A DNA stretch of 64,000 nucleotides from a virus (lineage: Duplodnaviria; Caudoviricetes), in IMG/VR virus record IMGVR_UViG_3300035184_000978, positions 1,269-65,268 of that record; one strand, given 5' to 3'. The notes under the pieces are model-generated. The model had not been told where the DNA came from. It saw only the letters and a list, made by a program, of their open reading frames with translations, and did no database searches. The translations under genes and the position numbers were made by a program. Below are positions 20,489 to 31,747 of the stretch, piece by piece. The first letter of the stretch is position 1. Every line of letters begins with the position of its first letter.

Positions 20489-20846
20489 TAAATTTCAAAT
20501 CATAGATCAACCTGCCTTGCTGTTTCGTAATCTGCACTTCGGCTGCTGTGGGTGGATGTGGTTCATCCGACATTAATTGTTCAAACCTTGCAACTAACTC
20601 TTCCTTTGTTAGCCCTGTACCTTCCTCGTAAAATGGGTGGTTTAAACCCTCGCGGAATAGTTCTAGGACTAACTCAGGTGCGGTACCTGTAACATCCTCT
20701 AATCCTTCTACATAAAGAAGTAGGATGACCCCCTCTGGATCACTACCATCTTCATTTTTAGGTGGGTGCTGCGCTCTATACGGATATTTAAACTCGAGCG
20801 CATCTGGTTCGTAACCTTTGACGTACACGTACCATAGGTTGTTCAT
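20481..20846 (-). CDS. Hypothetical protein, partner of the LamG-like protein
   Basis: Abuts upstream gene; same visibly GC-richer composition. Confidence 0.65.
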   Translation of the reverse strand: MNNLWYVYVKGYEPDALEFKYPYRAQHPPKNEDGSDPEGVILLLYVEGLEDVTGTAPELVLELFREGLNHPFYEEGTGLTKEELVARFEQLMSDEPHPPTAAEVQITKQQGRLIYDLKFKQ

Positions 20847-20847
20847 T

Positions 20848-22377
20848 TTAAGCGCCCCTTATTATATGCTGCAACGAAACATTGGCTACATCTTGTATAA
20901 ACGGAAATGGTCCGGTGCCTCCTGCTCTCGCAAACTTAATTTGACCTCCATCTGCTATTGCATTAATGCTTACAGTTTCTTCTTCAAGTGATAAACGTAC
21001 CCCACTACCATCTTCGTGATATACTCCCCAAAGCCTTAACCTATCACCTGATAAATCATTCTTGTCGGAATTGTACCAACTTACTTTAAGTTCTGAGCCA
21101 GCAGGTAAATTGAACTCTAGTAGTACTAATACTCTGTAACTTCCTGTCGGATTGTTATACGTGTAGCTTGCTCCTCCATTGTATCCCCACTCAGCCTCAC
21201 TTCTATTCATCGGATGGGAAACTAGGTTGGTGCTGATATGGTCATTAGTACCCTCTATTGGCGAGTAAACTCTACGAACATCGTTGCCTGTGCCTATGTT
21301 TTCATATGTTATGAAGTTACTTACTTTACGGACTGACATGGTAATAGCATCGGCTTTACTATGGTCCCCTGATAGCTCCATCACATTTAATCTTGGGTTG
21401 ACACCGCTCAAGAATTTTAACGGGAACGTTGCTGATCCTGTATCGCCAGATACAACATCAGTAGTAAAATTACCGTCACCTGCATTAAACTTTATCCTGC
21501 CTGTTAAGTTTGTCCACGATACCTCTGCTACGTAACACTCATCCGCCTCAAAGTTTCCACTATAATCTCCCGCAAACGTAGAATATGCGTTGATATCTGC
21601 GTCTGTAGAAATCACCCCGTAATCCCATAACTCCGGACCAAAAACGTTATTGACCGGAAGTTCGTACATTTGAGTGAGTTCGTTTAATAAGAACTCTAAT
21701 GTGTTAGCTGGTGTTGTGATGTTTTTTAGTTTTACGTTTGAAAGTATGCCAGAAAAGTTAAACCCGCCAGTATTCCACGCTCCCAAAATGTCATAAGCCA
21801 AAGAATTTGCATTAGTAGCGCTTGGGGCTGCTATTAACCCATCTACTCTCATTTCGATAGTAGATCCTATTCTTTTAACATTTAAAGTATGCAGTACGCC
21901 ATCGTCATAACTTAGCGTTGTTTCTGTTGCTGCGCTGCCATTTAGAACCAGTCTTATCTGCCCCCCGTTTACAACGCCGAGCCAGATACTGGTATCACCC
22001 GACTTACCTAAAATCATATTAAATGTCGTGGCGTTATTTATACTAAAATCAACCTCAATCTCAAAATTACCCGCAGCCGACCAAGGCTTAGCCAATCTGT
22101 AATGGGTGTTTGACTCCACTCCGTCTAGGGTTATTAGGGTTCTGCCGACTATATTACCTAAAAAGTCTAATCTTCCCTGGTAATACGTTTTTGAGAGTTC
22201 ACCGAATGTATCGATTGTTGAACCGATTCGTCTACACTTAGTATAAATTTCACTAAATTTGAATTTGCGTATTCCGTTTAATTGTTTAAGCCACAACAGT
22301 CTTTGACCACTTTCAACGCCTGGGTCTGGCGGTGAATTGTCAAATTCGTATTTGTCGTTTATTGGTATCCAGGCCAT
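20848..22377 (-). CDS. LamG/concanavalin-like domain protein, probably virion-associated
   Basis: DDGVLHTL.V.R.G....RVDG...ILG......FSG.LSNV pattern; late promoter at 22406-22413. Confidence 0.6.
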   Translation of the reverse strand: MAWIPINDKYEFDNSPPDPGVESGQRLLWLKQLNGIRKFKFSEIYTKCRRIGSTIDTFGELSKTYYQGRLDFLGNIVGRTLITLDGVESNTHYRLAKPWSAAGNFEIEVDFSINNATTFNMILGKSGDTSIWLGVVNGGQIRLVLNGSAATETTLSYDDGVLHTLNVKRIGSTIEMRVDGLIAAPSATNANSLAYDILGAWNTGGFNFSGILSNVKLKNITTPANTLEFLLNELTQMYELPVNNVFGPELWDYGVISTDADINAYSTFAGDYSGNFEADECYVAEVSWTNLTGRIKFNAGDGNFTTDVVSGDTGSATFPLKFLSGVNPRLNVMELSGDHSKADAITMSVRKVSNFITYENIGTGNDVRRVYSPIEGTNDHISTNLVSHPMNRSEAEWGYNGGASYTYNNPTGSYRVLVLLEFNLPAGSELKVSWYNSDKNDLSGDRLRLWGVYHEDGSGVRLSLEEETVSINAIADGGQIKFARAGGTGPFPFIQDVANVSLQHIIRGA

Positions 22378-22516
22378 GTTTGATCCGTTTTATCATTATT
22401 TTGATTATTTATAATAATGATAAAACAGATCGACATAATTGTGGGTATCGTATGGTATATCGAAACCGCGAGTGGTTTTACTTATATTTTTTATTTTCTT
22501 AGTTGTAATAAAAAGT

Positions 22517-22713
22517 TTAATTTAATTGACGTAAATATAGAAATATGTAACACCAGCTTGCAATCGATAGACCCGAAAAGAATATCGCTGCAGCACTCAC
22601 AACAAATGAATAGCGCGTTAACCACATAACAGACCAGTGAGTGAGTACATAGGGCATAGCAGTTAATCCAAGCGTAAATATAATCCAAACAAAAAACCAA
22701 TCATTTCTAACAT
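22517..22713 (-). pseudogene. Small membrane protein out of frame at a T6 run
   Basis: RBS GGAGAAGGA plus ATG 22713. Adding one T (22691-22696) gives MLEMIGFFVWIIFTLGLTAMPYV...SWCYIFLYLRQLN. Confidence 0.6.
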
Positions 22714-22927
22714 TTATCCTTCTCCTTTGGTTTGGTCTAGTGTATTTTTAATTTTCATGTAGATTCACCTCTTGCTTTAGATAGTAACTTCTCTTTCTTT
22801 TTAATCTCTCTCTTAATTTCTTCGCGGTGCTGACCTTTGAAGCAACCAATTGAGCCTTTTAACCGGTTTAAATCAACGTGTATCTCTGCATACATTTCAA
22901 GTGCTGCTGCTATTAGATTTGTGTTAC

Positions 22928-23167
22928 TCATATAGGCTTCACCCAATCATTTCTCAATTCAACTACCCCTTCAAAGTCTGTAAAACCAGCCATACACCAT
23001 TTATCAGATTCTTGACCATAAGACCAAGACATACTTGAACCATCTTCAATAACATAACCCTTATTAGGCTTTAAAAAATAGACAAGGAGACCATCATCCG
23101 TTTTCATCATCTTAGGGAATGATTTTGCTAAAAATTCTGTTTTTGTATCTTTAATTACAACTATCAT
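22928..23167 (-). CDS. Hypothetical protein, paralog of 24290..24547
   Basis: Shared FPKMM.T.DGL.VYF...FTDF.GV.ELRNDWV. Confidence 0.7.
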   Translation of the reverse strand: MIVVIKDTKTEFLAKSFPKMMKTDDGLLVYFLKPNKGYVIEDGSSMSWSYGQESDKWCMAGFTDFEGVVELRNDWVKPI

Positions 23168-23570
23168 GTAGACTTCTTTCAATGTTAATTTAAAGTAATT
23201 GTTAGTGATGTAAATATATAATACCATCTAATCATATAGTACAATAAAATTAAAATTTTCCCTTAAGTCATATTCTTTGCGTCTGAATATGACTCTTTTA
23301 GAGTTTTTACTGTAGCTTCATTTGGCGAATAGCACATGCTTATTTCTACCATATCATTACCAGTTTTAATACCAAAACACTCAACAAAGCACAAGCTGTC
23401 AAATTCACTCATCATCAAATCACATATATTAATTATTTTTATTTCTTCTGATAATTTTCCAGTAAATGACACATAACCTTTATATATTGATGCTTTCATA
23501 ATCTTTCTCTATTGTTTTAGTGTACAACTACCAGCTTGATCTGGTAGTATCAATGTAGCAATGTATTAAT

Positions 23571-23924
23571 TTATACTAGTAACCCTTTGGGTTGTGATTC
23601 TATAAAATCTGCTATTTCTTCAAATGTTTTACCTCCATCGTTTAAGTCTGTTAAGCTGTCCTCGTATTTACTCGACCCGTCGTCATGTTGTAGTCCTACC
23701 CACTCCCTAACACCTTCTTGGTCGCCAAGGTCTCCGCCGTACAAGTTCTTCCCAATCCATCGCTCAAGAGTTCTTCCAGTTTCTTTTTCGTATATGGCGC
23801 ACATGACACCCAAACAACAGAACCCATCAGAATCTTGTAGGGCTTCAGTTGTTTGATCATATTTACCACTACGCAAGCCTACTAATACTTTCTGCATATT
23901 GTTATTAATTTTAGATTTTTTCAT
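23571..23924 (-). CDS. Conserved phage hypothetical protein
   Basis: LRSG.Y.Q...L....FCCLGV.C...LND....FEEIADFIE; promoter cassette upstream. Confidence 0.7.
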   Translation of the reverse strand: MKKSKINNNMQKVLVGLRSGKYDQTTEALQDSDGFCCLGVMCAIYEKETGRTLERWIGKNLYGGDLGDQEGVREWVGLQHDDGSSKYEDSLTDLNDGGKTFEEIADFIESQPKGLLV

Positions 23925-23999
23925 AATTTATTTCCTAATTCAAGTTTTTTAAAGGTTTATCAATTTATGTAGCCATTATAACTTAATCAAAGCGAAATG

Positions 24000-24293
24000 T
24001 CAACCTTTAGCTATTAAGTTTTCGCACCTTCCTTTTACGTCGGGGTGATTTGGGTATTTTAGCTCTAAATTCCGCTCACATTTTTCAATAAATTTATTAT
24101 ATTTACCCCAATTGCAACTCAACCCTGCAGCATTTCCTGATTGATAAAATATACATTCAACACCATTTTCATGTTGATAATTAGAAATGTGAAAGTTTAC
24201 ACTATTATTCATGCTTTCTTGCGTATTGGGTTTGCAAGCTAAAAGTGACAAAGCGATTAAACTAATTAATAATACTTTCTTAATATTAATCAT
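24000..24293 (-). CDS. Putative lipoprotein
   Basis: Signal peptide with LLAC lipobox; stop TGA lies inside the next cassette's TTGACA. Confidence 0.6.
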   Translation of the reverse strand: MINIKKVLLISLIALSLLACKPNTQESMNNSVNFHISNYQHENGVECIFYQSGNAAGLSCNWGKYNKFIEKCERNLELKYPNHPDVKGRCENLIAKG

Positions 24294-24547
24294 CTGCACA
24301 CCAAAGTGTCTACCAAAGGGTCTACCCAATCATTCCTCAACTCTATTACACCTTTAAAGTCTGTAAAGCATGCTGAGTGCCAAGCACAGGACAAGCACCC
24401 GAATCCATACTCTTGTTTGCTGTTGTCACGAACAACAATACCACTTTGAGAATCTGTAAAATAGACAATTAGTCCATCTTCTGTAATCATCATCTTGGGG
24501 AATGGTCTTGGTTTCTCTGTTTTTGCATCTTTAATTTCAATTATCAT
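24290..24547 (-). CDS. Hypothetical protein, paralog of 22928..23167
   Basis: Shares FPKMM and ELRNDWV motifs with 22928..23167. Confidence 0.7.
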   Translation of the reverse strand: MIIEIKDAKTEKPRPFPKMMITEDGLIVYFTDSQSGIVVRDNSKQEYGFGCLSCAWHSACFTDFKGVIELRNDWVDPLVDTLVCR

Positions 24548-24596
24548 GTATGTTTCTTCCAATTTTAATTTATGTAACCACTATAACATAACAGAA

Positions 24597-24860
24597 TTAA
24601 AGTGTCAACAACTTCCTCATCATTTCTGAAAATGGTTTACCGTCATTAGTAATTGTATTAATGTCAACAATATTGTAACCAACACAATCCCCGAGAGGAA
24701 GCGAAAAATCACATCGAAGACAAGTGATTTGTATACTAAACCTCTTAACGCAATTTCTGATAAAATCATAAGTATCGGGATGTTCAGCACCAGTATCCAT
24801 ATAAACCACATATACATTCTCCTTACCGAAAGTTAAGATAGCGAGGTTAACTAAGTATGT
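24597..24860 (-). pseudogene. Internal fragment of a PAPS-reductase-family gene
   Basis: YLVNLA..FGKENVYVVYMDTGAEHPDTYDFIR...KPFSEMMRK. Lacks the N-terminal SGG loop and is cut at a promoter cassette. Confidence 0.6.
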
Positions 24861-25015
24861 AGGTAGGTAGATATCCTACCCCTTTTCTGCTTCAATGTCT
24901 TCTGCTTCTAAAGGAGGGATGAGCTTTTGAATCTCTTCTTCAATTGCCATTTCCAACTCATCAATATCATTGTTCTCAATAAGCATAAGCCAATATTGGT
25001 ATTTAATTCGAGTCA

Positions 25016-25327
25016 TTATTCCAAATCCCCATTGTTCTCACATCCTATTACAAAGTTGTTAAGATTACTGTAACTAACAATTGTTTCAGGGCTGTCATCA
25101 ATCCATACATCAGCTTCAAAACAGTGTTGTTTTTGTTTGCCTGCTGTGTAAATAATATCTATTCCTAAACATTCTGCTTCAAATTCAATGTCTGAGTTAG
25201 AACTACTTGTTGCTCTGTACGTAACAAAGGTTACAGTGTGCAGCCTTGTTTTGGCCTTAACAACAAAGGCAGTCCAGAGTGTAGGGTCTTCTGTAAATGT
25301 TTCATCAAAATCTAGTGCTATAATCAT
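25016..25327 (-). CDS. Minimal HAD-superfamily phosphatase
   Basis: IALDFDET (DxD), VTYR, K, WIDDSP. Confidence 0.7.
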   Translation of the reverse strand: MIIALDFDETFTEDPTLWTAFVVKAKTRLHTVTFVTYRATSSSNSDIEFEAECLGIDIIYTAGKQKQHCFEADVWIDDSPETIVSYSNLNNFVIGCENNGDLE

Positions 25328-26174
25328 TATTTACCACCTCCGAACATAAACCATAAAACAAAACGTGACATCCCAATACTTATGAAAATAGCTGCAACAC
25401 ACACCAGACATAGTATTATAATATCTAATTTCATTATTTATTCACCTTCAAATTGTGTTTTTCGTTATACTCTTCGAGAGTTTCTAGCGCTTCAAATAGC
25501 GAAGCGTCAAATGCAAGTATTATTGAACACGATGTATTTACAAGCGTAAGCTCATCCAGATCACCAAGATTAAACGATTCAGTTCCTTTTAAGATTGATT
25601 CAGCCCTTTCCGCTGCAGGCACTATAATCTGTTGTATTAAACTTTTAATCTGTTTTGCCTTTGTTTCTGCAGTCATTATTTATTCACTTTTAAATGTTCA
25701 CAAAAAGAATATGCAGCATTACCATTCATTATTCTATTGTAGTAAATTACAGCTTTGCCGCCATCACTGGAAATATAACCAACAACATCAAGTGGTTTAT
25801 TGTAATAAAGATGCCTATTGGCTGGGGTTTTCAATATGAAATCCCACTGTTTAATTTGGTCTATTGTTATATCTTTGATATGCGACAGTATAGTCATTAT
25901 TTATTCCTTTCGTCATCAGTTCTTTTTCTTGTTGCGTGTCTTCAGTACCATAGGGAAGTACAGAGTACCATCTACATGGAATTGTCCGCCTAAAGGGGTG
26001 TAACCCTTAGCCATCCAGAAATTAACAGACTTACTAATACTTAGTCCTAAACTAATGTCTCTTGTTAAAAGAAACTCTAACATTACAAATTCTTTTAAAA
26101 TGGGTTTTTGATGATGTACAACTGTTTCACCATCAAGTATGTTCTTTATTTCTTGTATCTTTTCAAGTGTTATA

Positions 26175-26606
26175 TCAACCATTTATTAATTCCCCTAGTA
26201 ACATATCAATATAGCTAACTACATCGTTTGGCGACGAGTCAGTGTTTAAGTGTGGATGGTTCAGCTGTTCCTGAGTTAGTATGTTGGCGTTTTCTGCTGA
26301 AATCCGTCTATCTGAACAGTACCAAATACTTTGAGCCAAGTGTTCTGTACCAAACATTGCTTCGCATGCATCGTCCAAGTCAGTTGATAAGCAAGAGGCT
26401 CTAAAAGCAATCTCAGAACTGCACTCACTTGGGTTCATGTATTCCAACGTAGCTTTAGGAAAGTATGCTAAGTCCCCTTCTATAGCTTGATGCCCACATA
26501 TACAGGCAGCTGTCCCACACTCCCACGATGCCATATCAAACTGGTCTGGTGCAACACGGGACATAGTGATTCTTAGTGCTTTAAGTTGTTTCGTGAATAA
26601 ATTCAT
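26175..26606 (-). CDS. Phage hypothetical protein with CGTAACICGH motif
   Basis: FDM..W.CGT..C..G motif; RBS AGAGA. Confidence 0.6.
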   Translation of the reverse strand: MNLFTKQLKALRITMSRVAPDQFDMASWECGTAACICGHQAIEGDLAYFPKATLEYMNPSECSSEIAFRASCLSTDLDDACEAMFGTEHLAQSIWYCSDRRISAENANILTQEQLNHPHLNTDSSPNDVVSYIDMLLGELING

Positions 26607-26645
26607 ATTAATCTCTTTATTAGTATTAATGTTTTTCTAACTAAT

Positions 26646-27755
26646 TTACTTTTCTACCATTATTTTTATGTTTGTGCAGTTATCTGCGTTGTAAAAGCGA
26701 TCAATTGACTCTAGCTTGTTTAAAAGTTTGTGATACATCCCTATACTACGACAATGATCATAATCAAACATATAAGCACTGCCATTAACAAGTTCTAAAG
26801 GCACTGCAGTGATAGTGCCTTTAGTAGCGTCAGGTATTTCTTTTATATGATCCCAGTCTTGAGCATTTGTACAAAAAGGTTTTTTATAATTGCAATCGAC
26901 ATCAGTTAAGATTCCATAAATCCATTCTTTGTCGTGCTCGCTAAACAAATAAGGCGAGCCAATCTCATAAATATTACCTTTATAAATCAATGTTTTATTT
27001 TTCATCTAATCGCCCTCTTTCACTGTCATTTCACGTATGTTTGTACAAAGCTTTGTTAAATAGATTGATTGATTTGTTATGAGTTGCCCTGTTGCGTCAT
27101 TGTATATGCCGACAACAGGCTTAATATCAGCGTGGTAACTAAACATATAAGCATTGCCATTAACAAGTTCTAAAGGCACTGCAGTGATAGTGCCTTTATT
27201 AGTGTAGTGTATTTCTTTTATAAAAGGCCATTGCTGAAATTTTGTGTAAAAAGGGTTTTTAAAACGAGGACCTATGCCTATTAAGATTCCATATTCCCAA
27301 CGATTTGCAGCATTACCAAATAAATACGGCTTACCAATTTCGTAAATACTGCCATTATAAACCACTGTTTCATTTTCCATCTAAGCGCCCTCCTTAACTT
27401 CCATTTTACGTATGTTTGTACAATCTGATTCAGTAGCCCAGCCGTCATCAGCCATGATGAATTTCCCGCTATTTTTACTGAATATCCCTATTAAATTAAT
27501 ATGATTATCACATTCAAACATATAAGCGGCCCCATTAACAAGAGTCTCTGGCGTTATTGTGCCGTGATCCTCAAGTTCAGAAAAAGCGCAGATATTTTTG
27601 AATTGGTTTCCGTAACGATCTTCAAAAGGGTAGATTGAGAAATTGCAAATTGATTTAAGTCGACCATAAATCAATTTGGTATTATCGTCAAAAAATAAAT
27701 ATTCTTGACCAATCTCGTAAACCTTACCTTTATAAACTAATGTTTTATTTTCCAT
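26646..27755 (-). repeat. Three tandem paralogous CDS (26646-27005, 27006-27380, 27381-27755)
   Basis: All share MxNxT.VY.G..YEIG..YLF...GTIT...LVNG.AYMF...CTNIR; abutting stop/start. Confidence 0.85.
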
Positions 27756-27936
27756 AATTTTTGCCTTTTTGCCTTTATGAATTTATGAAACTATCTTATA
27801 ACTTTCAAAGCTAAATGTCAACAATTATTAAATAATATTGTCCTGCTTAATTAGGCTGTAGTATTTCCGTGAAACTTAGATGTATTATGTAGAAAAGTTG
27901 ATGTTTTGGCATCGTCGTGTGTAGGTGATAAGATAC

Positions 27937-27964
27937 AAAAAGGATAGCGAAAGCTATCCTTTTT
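27937..27964. terminator. Bidirectional intrinsic terminator
   Basis: AAAAAGGATAGC-GAAA-GCTATCCTTTTT. Confidence 0.85.
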
Positions 27965-28162
27965 ATTATACTTCAAGCATATTATTAATCATATCTGCAG
28001 GTTCTTGAACAGTTAGCATTAGGTTATTTGACAAATGCACTTCGGTTCGTTTTTTGCCTGCTTTAAAATAAAAATCTACAAAATAGACTATACTAGTTTT
28101 GGTTACATGATATTTCTGATTTTCATGCCAGAATGACGTAAGTACAATTATTGAAGAACTCA

Positions 28163-28414
28163 CTACATACCTAGAGCAGATCGATACAAATCAAGTAACG
28201 CTTCTTCAGTTTGAAGATCCATTGTATCTTTCTTGCGAATTGATATAATGCGGCGCAATGTTTTACCGTCATAGCCTTTATCTTTTGCTTCTTTAAGCAC
28301 TTCTTTTGAATCTTCATTGATTATAGCCTTCTGCTCTTCGAGACGTTCTAAACGATCTACAAATCCACGAAGTTCTTCTTTTGCTACGCCATATGATGCA
28401 TTATTATCAGTCAT
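28163..28414 (-). CDS. GapR/DUF2312-like DNA-binding protein
   Basis: EELRGFVDRLERLEEQK..I.ED.KEV..EAK..GYD.K.LR.II..RK...EEALLDLY..ALGM. Confidence 0.85.
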   Translation of the reverse strand: MTDNNASYGVAKEELRGFVDRLERLEEQKAIINEDSKEVLKEAKDKGYDGKTLRRIISIRKKDTMDLQTEEALLDLYRSALGM

Positions 28415-29571
28415 TTATACTTCCTTTAGTTGTTAATATTATAAAAAATTTAATTACTCGTCGTGCTTTAAAATAACAGTGCTATTTCCAGTGCCTTCAG
28501 TTTTAATATAACCATCGTTAATTAATCTACTAATTACGATGTCTGTTGCTTTAGAGATTGTCTCATGTATAATCTTTTCTCTAATTGATTCTCTGTACAT
28601 TATCTTTCCAAATAATGTAAAAATTATAGCGGTTATTAAAAATCCTACTACATCTATAATCTCCATTCTATTCCCTTTTAATCATATTTCTTTATTTTTA
28701 AATGTTTTGATTCGTTCATAATTTAACACCTAACGACTTGCAATCTTTAGCAACAGAAACTATCATTTCTAACAACGAATAATTTTCCATAGCGTATCTG
28801 ATCAAATCTTCAGCATCAACTCTTTCGCTTCTATAGTCGTAGGGTATTGGATTTGATTGCAATTCTTCGCTGATATACTTAGTATTGCTAAGTATATCAG
28901 ACATTTTATGTAAACTCATTATTTATTACCTTTATTATTTAAAATTTAATTCATCATAAGCAATACGGATTTCTCTGTTTATTTTATTTTGTCTATCTTC
29001 GAACCAGCTGACAAGCCAATTGTCGTTTAAGTAATTTTCAATCTCTAATGCTTGAGCTTCAGTACAAGTTGCAACTCTCATTATTCGCTTAATGTTTAAT
29101 CTCATAATTTATCTCCAACCGTCAAGTTCTGCAGCTGCCCAGTCAACGCGATCCTCAATAAGATACGGGCTTGGGTGATTAACACATAACATCTTACCAT
29201 GTGTTCCATGTGAATGTATTTCTGCCGGAATACATTCATTACGTAGTTTTTCAAACATGTCACGCGCTTCATCGATATTATTAAATTCGATTACTTTTTC
29301 TGGTGAAGGTTGGCGGCAATGATCAAAAACTCTTACTGTAAACTTTTTCATAATTTAATTCCTTTATCAATTTATGAGACTATTATAATAAAGTTATAAC
29401 GAAATGTAAACAACTATTCACTAAACATTTAGAAGCTGGAATATCTAATAATAAACATGTTGTAACTGTATTAGATATATTCATATGTTAACTCCAAAAT
29501 TTAATTAGTATTATTTTAAACCGATAACTCTATTATAACACAGATAGATGTGAATGTCAACTGCTATTTAA

Positions 29572-30186
29572 TTAATTTGCACCTAATAATTCACTTGGTA
29601 ATCCTAATGAACTTTCAATGCGCTTAATTTCATTTTCTCCAACATATGTTATAAACCATAACGGAACTTGACGTTTAGACCACATCATTTTAAAATTATC
29701 GACTTTAGAAGCGTAATACCGCTGATATGATTCTATAGGACATTCTTTAATACATTCTGGATTAGATTTCATAGCTAATTTAAAAGGTGTAAGAGGTTTG
29801 TTCGGAATGTTTTTTGGTGGTATGGCGAGGAGTTTTAAAAGCTTAATTTCAGTCATATGTACTTTACCATAACGCAAAGTATATTCTTTACACAAAGCAA
29901 CAAAATGTTTATAGTGCCATTTATAATTAGTAATAGACTCATATGTCCATTTAGTTGAGGGGTGATTAATATGAGCGGCTTTATAAATTACATCATTATT
30001 ATTCACTAGCAAATATCTAGTAACTTTTCTTCCATTTAATGATGTATCATGATACAATTTTCCATCGAGTACTCTGTGTGCTGTAGAGAGCATCTGAGCA
30101 CTTTCTACAATCATCTTAACAACGTGTTTATCGCATTGTTCTTGTGCTGCAATTACTGGGTCTAAATTAAGTACAAATATATTCAT
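29572..30186 (-). CDS. Pyrimidine-dimer DNA glycosylase-like protein
   Basis: MNIF.L..DP..AA...CDKHVVKMI.ESAQMLSTAH...YK..H.NHP...W. Confidence 0.8.
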   Translation of the reverse strand: MNIFVLNLDPVIAAQEQCDKHVVKMIVESAQMLSTAHRVLDGKLYHDTSLNGRKVTRYLLVNNNDVIYKAAHINHPSTKWTYESITNYKWHYKHFVALCKEYTLRYGKVHMTEIKLLKLLAIPPKNIPNKPLTPFKLAMKSNPECIKECPIESYQRYYASKVDNFKMMWSKRQVPLWFITYVGENEIKRIESSLGLPSELLGAN

Positions 30187-30322
30187 TATTATTTCCTAAA
30201 AACAAAAAAACCATAAACTAAAATACTTCTTAAATTATGAGACTATTATATCACAATTTTTAAAAAAGTATACAAGTTTATGGTTTTGTTCTTAGATCAG
30301 TTCGTTATAAGAAATAGATAAT

Positions 30323-30982
30323 TTATTTCTGTTGGTTAATCCATTTGGCTGACAAACTATTTTTTGGTTTGACTTTAGACCAAGCCATAACTTTACGATA
30401 TATCCTCATAACACCTTTTTTATAATCAGCACCTGCAGAATTATCAACTATGAATAAATTAGCGGAAAATGCTGCTTGAAATTTACCAAGATTATTCTGA
30501 ACCTGAGACCACATCTTCTTCACAGTGTCAGTTTCCAATGATCGTTCACGATCATTGTTGCGAGTGACAGCTGTTAATTCGTCAGTATTAACAAATATCA
30601 TAGCTGTTTCGTATCCAAGAGATTCAAGATTTTCTTTTTGTTTCATAATTTTAGCGTAATCTTTTCCAGTTCCATCTATGACTAAACCTAAACGACCTGT
30701 TATATACATTTCTTGTCGTTTTGATGTTATAGATTTAGATTTATTTCGGATTTCTTGACCTTGAATCGAAAATATATTTTCGGGATTCATTTCAATACCA
30801 GCTTTTTTCATGTTGTTTTCGAACACTTCGTCTGAGTTAACTACTTTGAATCCTAACGAACTTAAAGCTGTTTTTCCTACTATGAATGATTTTCCAGACC
30901 CAGGCCCTCCAGCAAGAAAAACTGCTTTAAATATTGCCGGGTCGTTAACTCCTTCTTCCAAAAACGATTTAAAATTTTTCAT
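30323..30982 (-). CDS. P-loop kinase (zeta-toxin/AAA_33-like) with capsid-targeting-like N-terminus
   Basis: FLAGGPGSGKS, VIDGT, RN..R.R; N-terminal MKNFKSFLEE; late promoter at 31045. Confidence 0.75.
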   Translation of the reverse strand: MKNFKSFLEEGVNDPAIFKAVFLAGGPGSGKSFIVGKTALSSLGFKVVNSDEVFENNMKKAGIEMNPENIFSIQGQEIRNKSKSITSKRQEMYITGRLGLVIDGTGKDYAKIMKQKENLESLGYETAMIFVNTDELTAVTRNNDRERSLETDTVKKMWSQVQNNLGKFQAAFSANLFIVDNSAGADYKKGVMRIYRKVMAWSKVKPKNSLSAKWINQQK

Positions 30983-31290
30983 GTATACTGTTCCTGTTTA
31001 AATTAATCTTATATAATAGTAAGATTTTACTGGTTTAATAAACTTATTTATATAGTTAAATTTATCAATACTTATCAATCAGTAAAGTACATGGACACGA
31101 TATCTTTACAATTTTCGGTGATCACTTCTTTAATTTTGCTTTCTAGAAATATTCTAGAGAATTCGACATATATTATTTCTCCAATTATAATAAAAATCGA
31201 TATTGGCACGACTATTAGTATAAACAGAGACCACTTAAATATATTAGTTTTCATTTTTAAAATATTCATAAACACTCCTATTCGTTAAGA

Positions 31291-31746
31291 TTATGAATTA
31301 GGTTTATTATCATTTTTGATTGATAGACGATCTGGAACGAATGTATTTAAAACACCATTCTTAACTTTGAAATACTGGGGTTTACCTATGTATCGTGCAT
31401 ATACTCGACCACCATCGATCATGTTACCATTAATAAAATGTTTGTAATCATGATGGCTTTGACTGTACTCTAGTTGACCATCATCACCTTCAACACAACA
31501 AATTACAGTATCTTCAATCATATCTGCGTTTGATATGTACATACTGCTCGCCAAACCAAAATTGACACCAAAATAATGGTTGCCAAACTTTGGATGTGGT
31601 GTATCACGATAGAAAATATCAAGTTGTCTGTCTGATTGTGTAGTATCAGAAGTAAGTACGTACTTTACAGGTACACCATCCTTTTCAGAATAAAATTTAA
31701 CAATCTTGTCTGTATCTTTAAATACTGTTTTGTGTTTAATGTTCAT
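31291..31746 (-). CDS. Phage hypothetical protein
   Basis: Long ORF coupled to the RNA ligase; motifs DIFYR.TPHP.FGN.YFG and YSQ.HHDY..IDGGR.Y. Confidence 0.6.
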   Translation of the reverse strand: MNIKHKTVFKDTDKIVKFYSEKDGVPVKYVLTSDTTQSDRQLDIFYRDTPHPKFGNHYFGVNFGLASSMYISNADMIEDTVICCVEGDDGQLEYSQSHHDYKHFINGNMIDGGRVYARYIGKPQYFKVKNGVLNTFVPDRLSIKNDNKPNS

Positions 31747-31747
31747 A

